NCBI RefSeq assembly: GCF_006345805.1
Contig: NC_043002.1
Coordinates: forward strand, 119,722,001-119,786,000
Direction of reading: 5' to 3'
Source: Octopus sinensis
Taxonomy: Eukaryota
Length of the DNA stretch: 64,000 bases
A program made the translations under genes and the position numbers. Below the pieces are notes generated by a model. The model was not told the DNA's origin. It saw only the letters and a list, made by a program, of their open reading frames with translations, and searched no databases. Below, piece by piece: positions 38,157-51,240 of this stretch (within the stretch, counting starts at the first letter, position 1; the number at the start of each line of letters is the position of its first letter).

Positions 38157-38158
<2 letters not shown>
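37610..38158 (-). mobile_element. Family P3 partial tandem (445-bp unit plus 104-bp repeat)
   Basis: 37610-37713 is repeated at 38055-38158 with 1 mismatch seen. (TA)n on both sides. Confidence 0.85.
37824..37895 (-). ncRNA. Type I hammerhead motif with a G12A lesion (P3)
   Basis: ctcg CTGATGA a gct...agc a AAAAC cgcg GTA cgag. Palindromic stem III accgcggt. Confidence 0.7.
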
Positions 38159-38206
<48 letters not shown>

Positions 38207-39048
38207 TACGACAGGCTTCTTTCAGTTTCCGTCTACCAAATCCACTCACAAGGCATTGGTCGGCCCGGGGCTATAGCAGAAGACACTTGCCCAAGATGCC
38301 ACGCAGTGGGACTGAACCCGGAACCATGTGGCTGGTTAGCAAGCTACTTACCACACAACCACTCCTATATTTATATATAACTCATATACCTAGCCACGTG
38401 CTTTTCTCATTACTTTCTGTTCCTATCTTAATTCCCTTTCTCCTTCCATTCCCTAGATTTTCCTCTACGTATTCGACGATGGACTATGCTCGAAACGCCA
38501 CACCTTTAATTTTAACTCTCCGTTTAACTCGGTCTGCCAGGTTATAATACTCAATGTGAACGTCCCCCTGTTCTTGTTTTAGAATTCATCGTTCGTTATT
38601 GATTTGTTTACATACACACACACACATAAACATACACACACACATACACATACACACACACACACATACACACACAGGCACACTCGCGCACATGCGCATA
38701 TATATAATGTATGTGTAAGTGTGTGAATATGTTTGTTTATGTGACGTCTATATATATGTTCAAGCATATTTGTAAGGTAGTGCACATAGGAATGATTCGT
38801 GTGTATGTATTTATGTAGATGTGTTATATATTAATTACTGGGCATTATAAATTACTGTTTAGATGTTGCATTGATAACGTTGTCGAGGAGGAGAGAGTAA
38901 AAGGAGATTTCTCTCCTAATGAAAGATTAGTAAAAGTTTTAATTCAATGTGTGTCATTATCATTTTTTTTTTCTGTCGGTAATAGATAGAGAGAAAATCA
39001 ATACACCAGAGTTATTTTATACATTAGAAGGAATAAACCGGGAAACGT

Positions 39049-39094
<46 letters not shown>

Positions 39095-39130
39095 AATGAT
39101 GACGATGATGACGATGATGATGATGATGAC

Positions 39131-39174
<44 letters not shown>

Positions 39175-39267
39175 CGTGGATGATGACGACGATGACTGTA
39201 TTCGTGATGCTTCTGACGATCAAGAAGATGATAGCAACGAAATTCATGATAATGATGATGATGATGG

Positions 39268-39303
<36 letters not shown>
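39049..39303. repeat. (GAT)n microsatellite, interrupted
   Basis: Directly visible. Confidence 0.95.
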
Positions 39304-39304
<1 letters not shown>

Positions 39305-39749
39305 GGTGTGTTTGGCGATGAGGGGGAGGAGGAGGAGGAGGATAAAAAACATTAGTGACAACAAGGGGAATAAATAAGATTCACTGTCTTTGTGTATCAC
39401 CAACGTTAATTAGCAAATAGTGAAATATCAATAAACTAAGGGATATTATTAAGTAAGATAGAACCGAAATTATAAAGAAAGTCATGATCAATTAAGGTTT
39501 TTTAGTAAGTTCTACATAAACGTCTTCTTTAGACATATTTACCGATGTAAAAAAATTGGTTCGAAATCAAGTCGTCCTTTTCTATGGTCAGAAGATTGTT
39601 TTTATTAGTTAGCTTCTGAAAGACTCGCAGTCTTCAAAGACTCACAGTCCTCAAAGACTTGCAGTCGTCAAAGACTTTACAGTACCTCCAAGAATGGTGA
39701 AGTTAGTAATGTTCCTGTTGGTCGTCAATCTCTACAGATTTATGTAGAA

Positions 39750-40147
39750 CTAGCAGTATCGCCCGGCGTTGCTCGGGTTTGTAAGGGAAATAACTATATA
39801 AGTATTTTTAGAGAGTTATAGCCAAAAAATAGCAAAAAAATGCATTAAAAATGGAAAAAAAATGATGGTAAATTTTTTTTAAATCGTTGACTCATCGGAC
39901 ATTTTTAGAGAGTTACTTCCCTTATATAATAGCGAAAAAATGCATTAAAATGGAAAAAAATGATGGTAATATTTTTTTAAAATCATAGACTCATCGTAGA
40001 TGCGCGCAAATACCCAGAAGGGCTCGATATGAATCACGACTATAAGATACCCGGTTTTCGTTAAACTGCACCGCAAAATGTGGGAGTAGTTAGGAGTCTA
40101 AATCGTAGGAGACAGACAGCACACAACCTCACTTTTATATATAAAGA
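39750..40147 (-). mobile_element. Non-autonomous Helitron H1
   Basis: Same TC / hairpin-CTAG termini and interior as 3194-3619. Confidence 0.85.
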
Positions 40148-40351
40148 TATAAAGGACTGGTGGATACTGTATATTAATGAATTCCTAGAGTGGAGAGAAC
40201 GGGCGTTTTGTTTAGCACGGTGTATCAGATTGAGATATAGGGAGGATGGGGGTGTAAGGAATGATGCATTGAATGAATTTATATGGGAACTGTAGTACAT
40301 AGTTGATAAATTCACGGAGCAGACACTGTAGAGTTATTGTTCTGGAAAAGA

Positions 40352-40505
40352 TGGCGAGCTGGCGGAAACATTAGCACGTCAAGCAAAATGCTTTGCGGGA
40401 TTTGGTCTGTCATTAGGTTCTGATTTCAAATTCCGTGGAAGTCGAGTCCAAATCCTTCAAGGATAAACTTTGCCTTTCATCCTTTCGTGGGTGCTAAATT
40501 AAAAT
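40352..40505 (+). mobile_element. Degenerate SINE-B 5' part
   Basis: ggcgagctggcggaaacattagcacg...gatttcaaattccg...ttgcctttcatcctttcg. Confidence 0.7.
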
Positions 40506-40528
40506 ACCATTAATAGGAGGGATAATCT

Positions 40529-40758
40529 ATTTCTTTACTACCCACAAGGGGCTAAACAGAGAGAGGACAAACAAGGACAGACAAACGGATTAAGTCGATT
40601 ATATCGACCCCAGTGCGTAACTGGTACTTAATTTATCGACCCCGAAAGGATGAAAGGCAAAGTCGACCTCGGCGGAATTTGAACTCAGAACGTAACGGCA
40701 GACGAAATACGCCTACGCATTTCGCCCGGCGTGCTAACGTATCTGCCAGCTCACCGCC
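40529..40758 (-). mobile_element. SINE-B full length with 15-bp TSD
   Basis: ataggagggataatc at 40513-40527 and 40761-40775. Confidence 0.92.
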
Positions 40759-41943
40759 GTATAGGAGGGATAATCGATTACATTTACTGGGGTAAATGTA
40801 ATCGATTATATTTAGCCCGGTAAATGTAATCGACTCACGACTCCCATACAATTTTCTGGCTAAAATTAGAAAGATTTTTAAAATTATTATTGGTTGTAGT
40901 AATGATATTAGTATATGAAGAATTATATAGAGAGTAACAAGGTACAATCAGTGGGATAGTGGTCACAGAATGTTGATGATGTGAATGTTTTCGTGCATGC
41001 GATCCAGAACGTTGTATGCCAAGAGTACAATGCCTTCTATGCGAACGCATTCTTTTATGGAGTTCAGTTATACTTTTATGCAACAACATTTTGTAATTTC
41101 ATGGAAATTTCTGAAATAGGTGCTTTGTCTTACACTTGTAAGAGTAAATAAATGAGATTCTAATACACTCATGTCCTTCTACCGTTGGGCACATGTAAAT
41201 GGGAATTAAAATTGGATAATAAGATAAAATTTTTTACAGCTTCATGATAATAATACAAATATGATTGTAATTCATCCTCTTTTCGTGGCTCTTACATTTT
41301 ATTCGATATTGAGCTTTGAAGAACAAAACAAAAACAAAACAAAACAATCCTAAGGAATTTGAAATTAATGTGAACATATTCAAGAATAAATATTGTACAC
41401 TAGTTTTGTCATGGTGCTCCCAATTTTATCAATTCATAGTCTTTGTTTCTATTGACTTGCAAAGTGATCGGGGATTCAATAATAAATAATGTGGAAAAAA
41501 AAGTCCTCTCTCGTTTTTTTCGTTTCCCCAAATATAAGGAGTATCAGTGTAGTGAATCAGATAGTGAAAGTTTAAATCATTTCATTGCAATCTAAAGTGG
41601 GGGAGATTAAGTGCAAAATTCTATTACGGATGGAAAAACTCAATAAGGCAAAGCAAAACGTATGCTTTAGCTATTACTCGCATTATAACGATTGCTACAT
41701 CACTATATTTTAACTATATTATTTCGAAACGTTATTACAGTAGGTCGGTCCTATCTATATTTTATGTTTATCTTTCTGAATACCTTTCATCTGCGCTCCA
41801 ATTTCATAAAGAGCTCATATATTATCATATTCAACTTTTTCATCGAATTTTACACACACACACACGCACAACGCACACCCACACCCAAACATATCCCCAT
41901 ACATATATATATTAAACCGCTATCATTCGAACTGAATATGATG

Positions 41944-42018
<75 letters not shown>

Positions 42019-42824
42019 TAATAAACGGAATTCCAGCCTTGTCTGATTTTCACGTTTTATTTACAATCTTATAATGATATAATATAAGTTAATAGAATAT
42101 AATAAAATAAAATAATAGAATGTTAAATGTTCATTCTGATTGAACTAGTACTTTCATGCATTAAATTATGCAATCTTCAGGTTCATGTAGTAGTGGTGAC
42201 AGTCATGCTTCACAATTTTTGACTGTAGCGAGATGGTTAAATCTGTGCCTTAAATACACCCGTGTAGGCTCCAGATTGCTAGGTTTTGTAAACTGTATTC
42301 TGACCAATCAGTGTGTAGCATCACTCAATTACTTAAGCTGATTGGTTGGTTTAGGCGTCACGCTTTGTTGAACATGTCAAGAGTCCTGTATCTTAACACT
42401 GACCGAGGCAGTAATTGTTGGACTATTTTTAGAAATGTTGTAAATAGCCTTTGTCAGGGATTTTTATATTTCAATTGTCATCATCATCATCATTGTCAGC
42501 ACCTTAATTATTGTTGCTAGTGGTGATGGTGGTGGCAATAGAACTTTTAACCCTAAATAAGATAATTTTCCTGCTACCTTCATCTTGATCACCTTTAGTA
42601 TTGTTGTTGTTGTTAGTGGTCATGGTCGTAGCAGTAGAAGTAGTACCTCTAAGTATTATTATTATTATTGCTTATTTAGCTTGGGTTCGAATTTATCAAT
42701 AAAATTCTTTTCTCTGATTTTCCTCTCGATTTCACTTGGGCTGTGTAATTTGTAGAATGGAAATATTATTTATATTTTCCGACCACATGTTGCTAGGTGG
42801 TTACTCAAAGGTATCTGACGGACC

Positions 42825-42928
<104 letters not shown>

Positions 42929-43328
42929 TATGAACAAAGCTAAGTAAATGCTATATATGGAGTGTATATTGATTATGCGTATTTTTTCTAACTGCTTATA
43001 TTCATTCAATCCTACCGAATATTTTGCTTTCTTTTATAAGAAGAAAGCAAAGCATGCGAAGGCACAGTATCGGCAAGTGAGACTCAAACGTATTTTGATA
43101 TCTCTTTTGGGATGGTATCTCGAAAAGCATTATTGCCTTGTTCTAAAACGATGCAACCAATTCTTTATAAATATTATAATATGGGAAACAGGGAAACTGA
43201 GTCTGAATTTCCCAAAATGGTGACTATGTCTGTCAAAGTGTTGCTAACAAACGCTATAATTTATTTCTCTCTCCAGTATTTTATTTCTTTACTAGAATAG
43301 TCCCTGTTGCTCTATGAAGAATTCTATT

Positions 43329-43709
43329 GGAAGCACTCCGTCGGTTACGACAATGAGGGTTCCGGTTGATCCGAATCAACGGAACAGCCTGCTCGTGAAA
43401 TTAACGTGTAAGTGGCTGAGCACTCCACAGGACGTGCACCCTTAACGTAGTTCTCGGGGATATTCAGCGTGACACAGAGAGTGACAAGGCCGGCCCTTTG
43501 AAATACAGGTACAGCAGAAACAGGAAGTAAGAGTGAGAGAAAGTTGTGGTGAAAGAGTACAGCAGGGATCACCACCATCCCCTGCCGGAGCCTCGTGGAC
43601 CTTTAGGTGTTTTCGCTCAATAAACACTCACAACGCCCGGTCTGGGAATCGAAACCGCGATCTTATGACCGCGAGTCCGCTGCCCTAACCACTGGGCCAT
43701 TGCGCCTCC
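43329..43709 (-). mobile_element. SINE-D full length
   Basis: Head ggaggcgcaatggcccagtggttaggg...ggtttcgattccc. Matches 53396 and 59207. Confidence 0.9.
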
Positions 43710-45831
43710 ACCGAATGCTTCTATACATTCTCACTCTCCACCGTTTCTTTTCTCTTCTGCAGTCTTCCTTGTATCAATTCACGATGTTCTGAGATGTCTT
43801 CTTTGTTGAACTTATCTTCATAATTACCAATGTGAAAGATTTCAGACTAAACATTAATAACATTAACCATGCATTTCAGTATTTAAATATTATGTTGACA
43901 ATAATAAATTATATTTCTAAAAGGAATATATATTATTATACGAAATATTCTAAAACTGTTTGTGTTATGAAAATAATCTAGCTATCATATTTCTAACTTA
44001 GTTAATTTGCATCGAAGCGCAATCATGATTTGGCACGTATTTAGAAATGAAGGATTCTACTGACTTCATTGCGTTACAATACATAGATACCTGTAGCAGA
44101 TGATAAAGTATTGGATAAACTGAAGGTAATAATTTGCTGTAATATTGTACGGCTGCAACAGCCACATTGGTGTCATTAAGAGTTATTCTAGCTTCTGTGC
44201 AGATAAGCCATTACAAATATGTTTTATAGCTAGCATAGTGATATACAGTTTTGAAAGAAAACCCCTAAAATATAGGTCTAAAAACGATTCAATTTCTTCT
44301 GACATTCAGAAACGCGGGTACATACACACCAACAGCTATGCTAAGGCAACTATTCTGCATCCCACCCGAACTACATACATTGACAATTTACAAGATGGGA
44401 ATTACAAGATCAGTTTAGAATTTATGACTGTGTTTCTTGTTCTGCACTTTATTACGTGCGCTATTTTATAGATAGAAAATTAGATGCGGTACTTTGATAT
44501 GCATGCTGTAAAATCATATTATTAAAGGCTACAGTGGTACAGGTTTGTTAGAAATACTTTTAAATAGTAAATACCCATAATCCCTTTATTAGAACAGTGT
44601 GTGAGAATACTGTAATTTTCTGACAATTTATTCATTGATGGGAAGAGGAATCAATCAAAGCAGATAAGTATCGGCTTATATTGTTGATACATTCACGAAA
44701 CAAATAGCAATGAGCCTTGATTGGACATAACATTTTGTCCCTGTAAATTAAATTCATGAATCGGCCATTAAATATTATTAGCTGATAGCTGGGACTCCAT
44801 TTTAGTATATAATTTATAATAGCAATTTTGAGAACCTATGTGGGCGATTGACTTTTCATATACCAACCAAGGATTGATTTGTTTGCTTCGCAAACGGAAT
44901 GTTATCTCGAGTCACTGACATCAACATTTCGACCTCAGTCGTCCAGTCTCCTTTGCTGTAAGCTGCAGTGATGATTCTAAATCTTTCCATTAGTGTGGAA
45001 GAGACGAAAAACTTCATCAATGTTACCTTTATTATAATCATTATAGGAAGATGAAGTTGTCAGTAGTGTCCCCACTCCAATCCATCAGAAAAACGTAGTT
45101 AAAATATATATTGCTTCTGTTTTGGGCGCGTAGATTGTTAATTATGAAGCGGGAGTATAGTGAAATATATTGTAGATATAACAGCTCCTAGAATTTTACT
45201 TGTTTTGATTTCCTTTATCTCAAAATTTTGAAAATGGACATGCTCAAACCCTTAATAGGAAATTGTAACACCATTGATTTGTTTTTTGTCATTCAGTTTT
45301 CCAAGAACAAGTTAACGTTGTACAATTTCGTTTAAATTCTCTCTAATGTAATCACAACTTGAAATCGCCTTTTCAGAGGAGTAAGATAAATACAATGGTT
45401 CAAACCGAAGCTGAAGACATAGATTGTTGGAAACACTTCACACTTCTACGAGTGATAATTTGAATTGAAATCATTCAAGTTACAAAATGCAAATTTAAGG
45501 GAAGCATGTACATCAAGAGCAAGACCAACTGGATATAAGATGGGAACATTTCCTCGCTGCAGCAAACACAATTTGATAATCTCAATCAACAATAATTCTC
45601 CACTACAAATATTGACACAGTAGCTGATCAAGACAATACATAATAGGAATCTAAAAGGAAAGTGGGTTGAAAGGAAGGGATCAAACATCAGGCTACAGTA
45701 GTTAGTTTTAGATTCTTTTTCCCATTATCGCTTTTAAAACCATGTAGGACTAAATTTTATCTTTTTTGACGAGGAACAACGGCAATTTTAAGCTCAATGA
45801 TTTTAACTCTGATATATATACACGCACACAC

Positions 45832-46066
45832 ACGAGGAGCACATAAACGCAAAGCAAGGTGGAAAGTATTATTCGAATACCAAAGATAGAGCAATATACT
45901 TTTTTTTATTAAGGCTGCAAAGTTATCACTGAACGGTCGTCACTCAGAGTTTCACGTTCTCGTTCGTCGGACAGTTGCGACGAAACTGTACGTTGTCCGA
46001 CGAACAGAGACGTGCACGCTTTTGTTTCATCTCTGAGAAAAAGCTCTGCGATAACTTTGCAGCCTT
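45832..46066. mobile_element. Family P6 foldback with degenerate HHR
   Basis: Perfect 17-bp IR at 45911-45927 / 46050-46066 and inner imperfect IR at 45953-45973 / 45994-46014. The left end is homologous to the sequence starting at 25281. Confidence 0.7.
45938..45973 (-). ncRNA. Degenerate type I hammerhead motif (P6)
   Basis: tgt CCGACGA acg agaa cgt GAAAC tctga GTG acg. U4C and a GUG triplet, so probably inactive. Confidence 0.5.
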
Positions 46067-46115
<49 letters not shown>

Positions 46116-46120
46116 CATAC

Positions 46121-46151
<31 letters not shown>

Positions 46152-46218
46152 ATATTATATATATATATATATAATATATATATATATACATACATACATA
46201 CATACATATATACATACA

Positions 46219-46252
<34 letters not shown>

Positions 46253-46253
46253 C

Positions 46254-46323
<70 letters not shown>

Positions 46324-46351
46324 TAGATAGATAACTAGATAGATAGATAGG

Positions 46352-46412
<61 letters not shown>

Positions 46413-47562
46413 GATAGAAAGATATGCGCACATACACACATATTGTATACTGTATATGCTTGCAAAAATGAATAGAAACGGCTCTTCTGAAAAACCATTT
46501 CTATTAATTTTTTCAAATATACTGCATCAAGGTTTTATTCCACTATATATATACACACACACACACACATATATATATATGTATGTATAATATTCTGTCA
46601 ACTATATGCTTACTTCATACTATTTAGCTCAAGGCAAAATGACGAAAAGAAATGCAAATTAAAGAATTCACTTACGCTTTGACTATATTAACGACTCGAT
46701 ATAATAAAATCGGATTATTTAAGGGAGTGTAATGAAAATACGAAAATCACCTAAAGTAGGATTTGAACTTGTTGCCTGGTGGCGAAGGGTAGCTAAATAT
46801 TGTAATGTATTTATTCCGCACTGTAACACCTTGTCCATCATCATCATCATCACAACTAACGTTATTAATATATATTAATGATTTCTTTATTAAATAAGAT
46901 GATGTCTCTTAATTTACGCATGAATGCGTATCTCTTGGATACAATCAACAAATAACCAACTAGCAACTGACATCTCAATATCTTTATTCCTTTCTATAAC
47001 TCTCGCAGACATTTTTTGCACTGGACAGAGTTGGGAGATAAACTAATAGAATACAGTGGTTTCCCCTCAAGTAAAATCCTGACTTCTATTTCCAATGACT
47101 TCCAGTAATTTGGGACATACTCAAAATATCTTATATTATTATTTGAAACTTTATGGCGGGAGACACTTTTCTTTATATACTTTATGTTATTTTTGTAGCA
47201 TTTTTATCTATTTTGTATTTTTTATAGACAATAATAATTTCGGTTGGTTTATCTAATGTGTTTTTCTAACGAAATAAAGTACTTGAGATATTAATTAAAA
47301 GTCAGTCTATCTTTAATTGAACGAAACATCTTTACCTATTAAATGGGTAAAGATACCTGACATGCAGAGACGAACATGAATTGCTATATATATTTTTTCC
47401 CAAATCAAAGTAAAATGAGATATTTAAAACATGCATTTTAATGGTTTTGTAGACACTGCCCACGATGAAGTTTACTGCACGCTTTCCATCTCCCCCTCTT
47501 TCTCTCTCTTTCATTATTTCTCCAGCACACGATAAAATTAAGTGAAATAAAATATTACAGTA

Positions 47563-47994
47563 CGAGCAAAACGCCCCCCGTCCAATGGACGGTGCTGAGT
47601 TGTCGAACATTTAAACCAAATTTTCTCAAAACAACTTGTCCGACCGTCCCATCGGTCTCCCCTTTGAGAAACACTGATTTAACCAAAATTTGAGACACCA
47701 GCAAAAGAAGAAATAAAGATAGACTTTTTTCTTTTCTAAAGAAAAATGATTTTATTCACACAAATATACAACCGAAGAGTTTAAGGTACCAGTAATGATA
47801 AGGCTGTTGACTGGGAGAACGGCTTTATCGATCGCATTCTCACATGGAATCGATTTTTGTAATTTTTTCAAAACTTATACACGTCCTGATACCGTCGGTG
47901 TCTACATATCAAATTTGAGCGCAATCGGATGGAGGATGGCCGAGATCCTAGAAGACACTCACACAGACAGACAGAACGGATTTTATATAATAGA
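47563..47994 (-). mobile_element. Non-autonomous Helitron, second family (H2)
   Basis: Minus strand starts A|TC. Hairpin ccgtcc-att-ggacgg lies near a CTCG|T (CTAG-like) end. (CAGA)n near the 5' end, as in H1. Confidence 0.6.
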
Positions 47995-48134
47995 TATGTT
48001 AGTAAAATACCACTCATTCCTCCTTTTTTCACTGCCAGTTAATGAAACAATAAAAGAATATATAAGAGAAGTTTGAAAACGCCACTATATAAGATAAATT
48101 TTAATTTCCTTAGATACTTTACATGTTTCGGTTC

Positions 48135-48354
48135 TTTACCATCAATTTTTCCCATTTTTTAATGCATTTTTGGCATATATAAGGGAAGTAACTCTCTAAA
48201 AATGTATTATTAAATCTCAGAACGTAAAAAGCTACAGTAACACACCCCCTTTGTGGTTAGCCATATTGAGATGGCTATTATACTTTACATCTCTAAAAAT
48301 GCTTATATAGTTATTTCCCTTACAAACCCGAGCAATGCCGGGCGATACTGCTAG
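48135..48354 (+). mobile_element. Helitron H1 3' fragment
   Basis: Ends cccgagcaatgccgggcgatactgCTAG|T. Confidence 0.8.
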
Positions 48355-48869
48355 TCTTAACTAAAGAAAGGCCACATTATTGTGGTAGTTTCCTGTCATT
48401 AGTGTTCGTATGTAGAAGGATACGCGGAATACACATAGCAAAATGGAAGAAGCTATTGTTAAAAGATTATTTAGTTACGACCTCTTGCATTTATTTTATT
48501 AATTACAATATACGCCATATGAAGGAAACCTTATAATATGTTTTCATTATGAAATCTTCAGAGCTTGCGTAGCATTGGTGAACAATCTTTAAGAACTACG
48601 CTGGATATCGGCCAGTGTTATGTTAAGTACTGTGTCAAATTTACTCCGGCCAGTACACACATGAGCACATTCATACACACTTTATGCTCATATATATGCA
48701 CCTACTTATATGCACCCATGCACACCTTACACTCATACAGACACACACGCACTCACACACACAGACACGCACAGATACACACACACATGCACACGCACGC
48801 ACACACCCAGATATATAAAGAGAGAAAGAGAGATTGACATACATACGTTGTATATGTACATATATGTAC

Positions 48870-49174
48870 ACGTGATCACGTGACCGACCAGACCATCAGA
48901 TGTTGTTACACATCGCTGGTCACAATGCGTTCGCATTGTTTTAGCCTTCGAATGACGCCACCCCGCTAGCTAGGCGAGCAGGCCAACAGAAGAAAGAATG
49001 AGAGAAAGTTGTGGTGAAAGAGTACAGCAGGGATTACCACCCCCCTGCCGGAGCCTCGTGGAGCTTTTTAGGTGTTTTCGCTCAATAAACACACACAACG
49101 CCCGGTCTGGGAATCGAAACCGCGATCCTGCGACCGCGAGTCCGCTGCCCTAACCACTAGGCCATTGCGCCTCC
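48870..49174 (-). mobile_element. SINE-D head/core with an alternative, RTE-derived 3' tail
   Basis: 48990-49174 matches SINE-D. 48874-48929 matches the RTE 3' end at 36553-36610. Confidence 0.8.
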
Positions 49175-49699
49175 ACTCATATGTACATATATGTGTCTTT
49201 ATACACATATGCACTATTTTATATTGGCACACGCACGCCAAACTCAAATCTCCCCTCTACACACACACAAATACACAAACTCGAGTGAAATCAGAAGGGC
49301 AATCGATTCGTTTAATTTTCAGGCCATTTCTTTCTGTTGGTCTGTAGAAACAAGTTTTCTGGGATTTTTTTGTTTAGCTACATAGTGTAAGATGGCAGAA
49401 GGTACTAAAAATAGTAAACATATGCTTAATAGTTTCCACTTCTTTTCCACCGATAAATATATTCTATGGACGAAGAATTAATTACTGTCTGGAGCAATTT
49501 TAATTAGATATTTATTTTAATATTTATCAATATAGATTATGTAGTTTCCTAGTGTATGTGAATTAATGAACTGGATACACATTCAAACACCCACATACAC
49601 ACATACACGCCGCACGCGCGCACACACATGCATACACATACCCAAATTAGGTATAGGAGAGATTTTCTGTTACCACGTAGTTAGTAATACAGAAATCAA

Positions 49700-50225
49700 T
49701 ACTTTTGGCAGCGTAAATATTAGATAAATATGATTAAAGTTCCAGCATAAAGCAATTCTAGTATTGAAAGTTTCACGTCCCTGTCTCGAGTCAGTTTCAT
49801 GAATAGGACATATCAGGCTGTCAAGAGAGCATCATTCAATATTTTGTTGATTTTCAGTTTGTTTTGTATACTGAATAAAGGCTTGTGGAGTTTCGGATAT
49901 TCGGGTGTCGCATTTGAGCTGCTTGAATACTCATTTAAGATGATTCCCGGTACCTGGAAGTTAAAGTCTTCTGCTGTTGCAATAACGAGGAAATTCAGTT
50001 TTAGCATGGCAGAATCCACCGTGTACTTGTCGCTGGGCCAAAATGTTGTTTAGGTGATGCTAAATTCGGTAATATTTTAAACAATCGAGTCCTTTTGTAG
50101 ATTCCGATATATGTGTGATTCAGGATGTTGTATGTTTCCTCGGACCGACAGTACCTTTCTACTTTGTTTTTGGCAGCAGAAGTTATGATTAATTTTACTT
50201 GGTTGTCGAGAAACTGGAAACACAT
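49700..50225 (-). mobile_element. Possible Penelope-like element relic (GIY-YIG C-terminus plus decayed HHR-like motif)
   Basis: TYNILNHTYIGIYKRTRL (YIG..R.L), then DSAM...KLHKPLFSIQ. Downstream cagc CTGAT atg tcctatt cat GAAAC at ~49790-49820. Confidence 0.4.
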
Positions 50226-50630
50226 GGTACAATCAGGGAGTCGAGGAGTACTGGAGTCGGAGAAATGTAAGATTTTGTGGGACTTTCCAATTCAAACGGA
50301 CAAGGAATTAGAAAATATTAGACTAGACATAATTATAGATAAGGAAAAACGAAGTTGCTTACTAATCGACCTATCATGCCCGTCTGATTCCAGGATAGTA
50401 AAGAAAGAGAAAGAAAAAAATACAATTCCTTTAAAGTTGAAATAGGAAGAATTTGGAGCATGCGTACAGTAAAGGTTGTGTCTGTAATAAACGGTGAGTT
50501 GACAACAGTAAGCAAAGGTATAGACAAATGGCTGAAAGAAATTGAAATAGAATGAACAGTAGAGCTGCTACAGGAAGTTTACCTTTTAGGGACAGCAAGG
50601 ATTGCCATGAGATTTGTAAGCACTTGAAAG
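50226..50630 (+). mobile_element. R4/Dong-like RLE domain fragment
   Basis: KILWDFPIQTDK...RLDIIIDKEKRSCLLIDLSCP...KEKEK, then RIWSM...VSKGIDKWL...LLGTARI. Confidence 0.75.
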
Positions 50631-50994
50631 CACTTCAGAATAATGGATCTAGAGAAAATTGTAATGTACTCCAAAACTTGAATCCTCCTCAATTAATGTA
50701 AATGAAATCCCCCCCCCCAAAAAAAAGCCGCAACCTTAATATAATCTTTTCAAATCCTCATATAGCCTGGATGTGAACACCAGTATTGCAGAGTACTTGC
50801 GAATCCTGATCCTAAAGCATTTTCCCAGTAGACAGAACAGTCGCAAAAGATTTAAGAGGGCAAAATCTAAGGGTAAGCTACAGCAGATGCATAGCGAAAC
50901 GTTGCATTCTGAACAAGGAAAACATTATTGCAGCAGGCATACGTCTAAATACACCTAATAATCTCAAGAAACAAGACATCAAATTCTTGAATAA

Positions 50995-51157
50995 TTCTGT
51001 CTTTATGTTCTGAGTTCAAATTCCGCCGAGGTCGTCTTTACCATTCATCCTTTCGGGGTCGATAAATTAAGTACCAGTTACGCACTGGATTCGACGTAAT
51101 CGACTGTCCCCCTCCCCCAAATTTCAGGCCTTGTGCCTATAGTAGAAAGGATTATTA
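50995..51157 (+). mobile_element. SINE-B variant with a different 3' tail, 5'-truncated
   Basis: Shares the SINE-B core up to aatcgact, then continues gtccccctcccccaaatttcaggccttgtgcc. Confidence 0.75.
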
Positions 51158-51240
51158 ATATTTTTGTTTCATCAACAGGGTAGAGGCTTCAATTTTAAAT
51201 ACTTGTACTAGGAGATTTTAAGATAGTGAAAGTCGTAATA

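Larger units (their letters stand above)
37335..38366 (-). mobile_element. SINE-A interrupted at its internal microsatellite by a P3 insertion
   Basis: 3' half at ~37335-37530 and 5' half at ~38205-38366, separated by (CA)n(TA)n, P3 and (TA)n. Confidence 0.85.
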
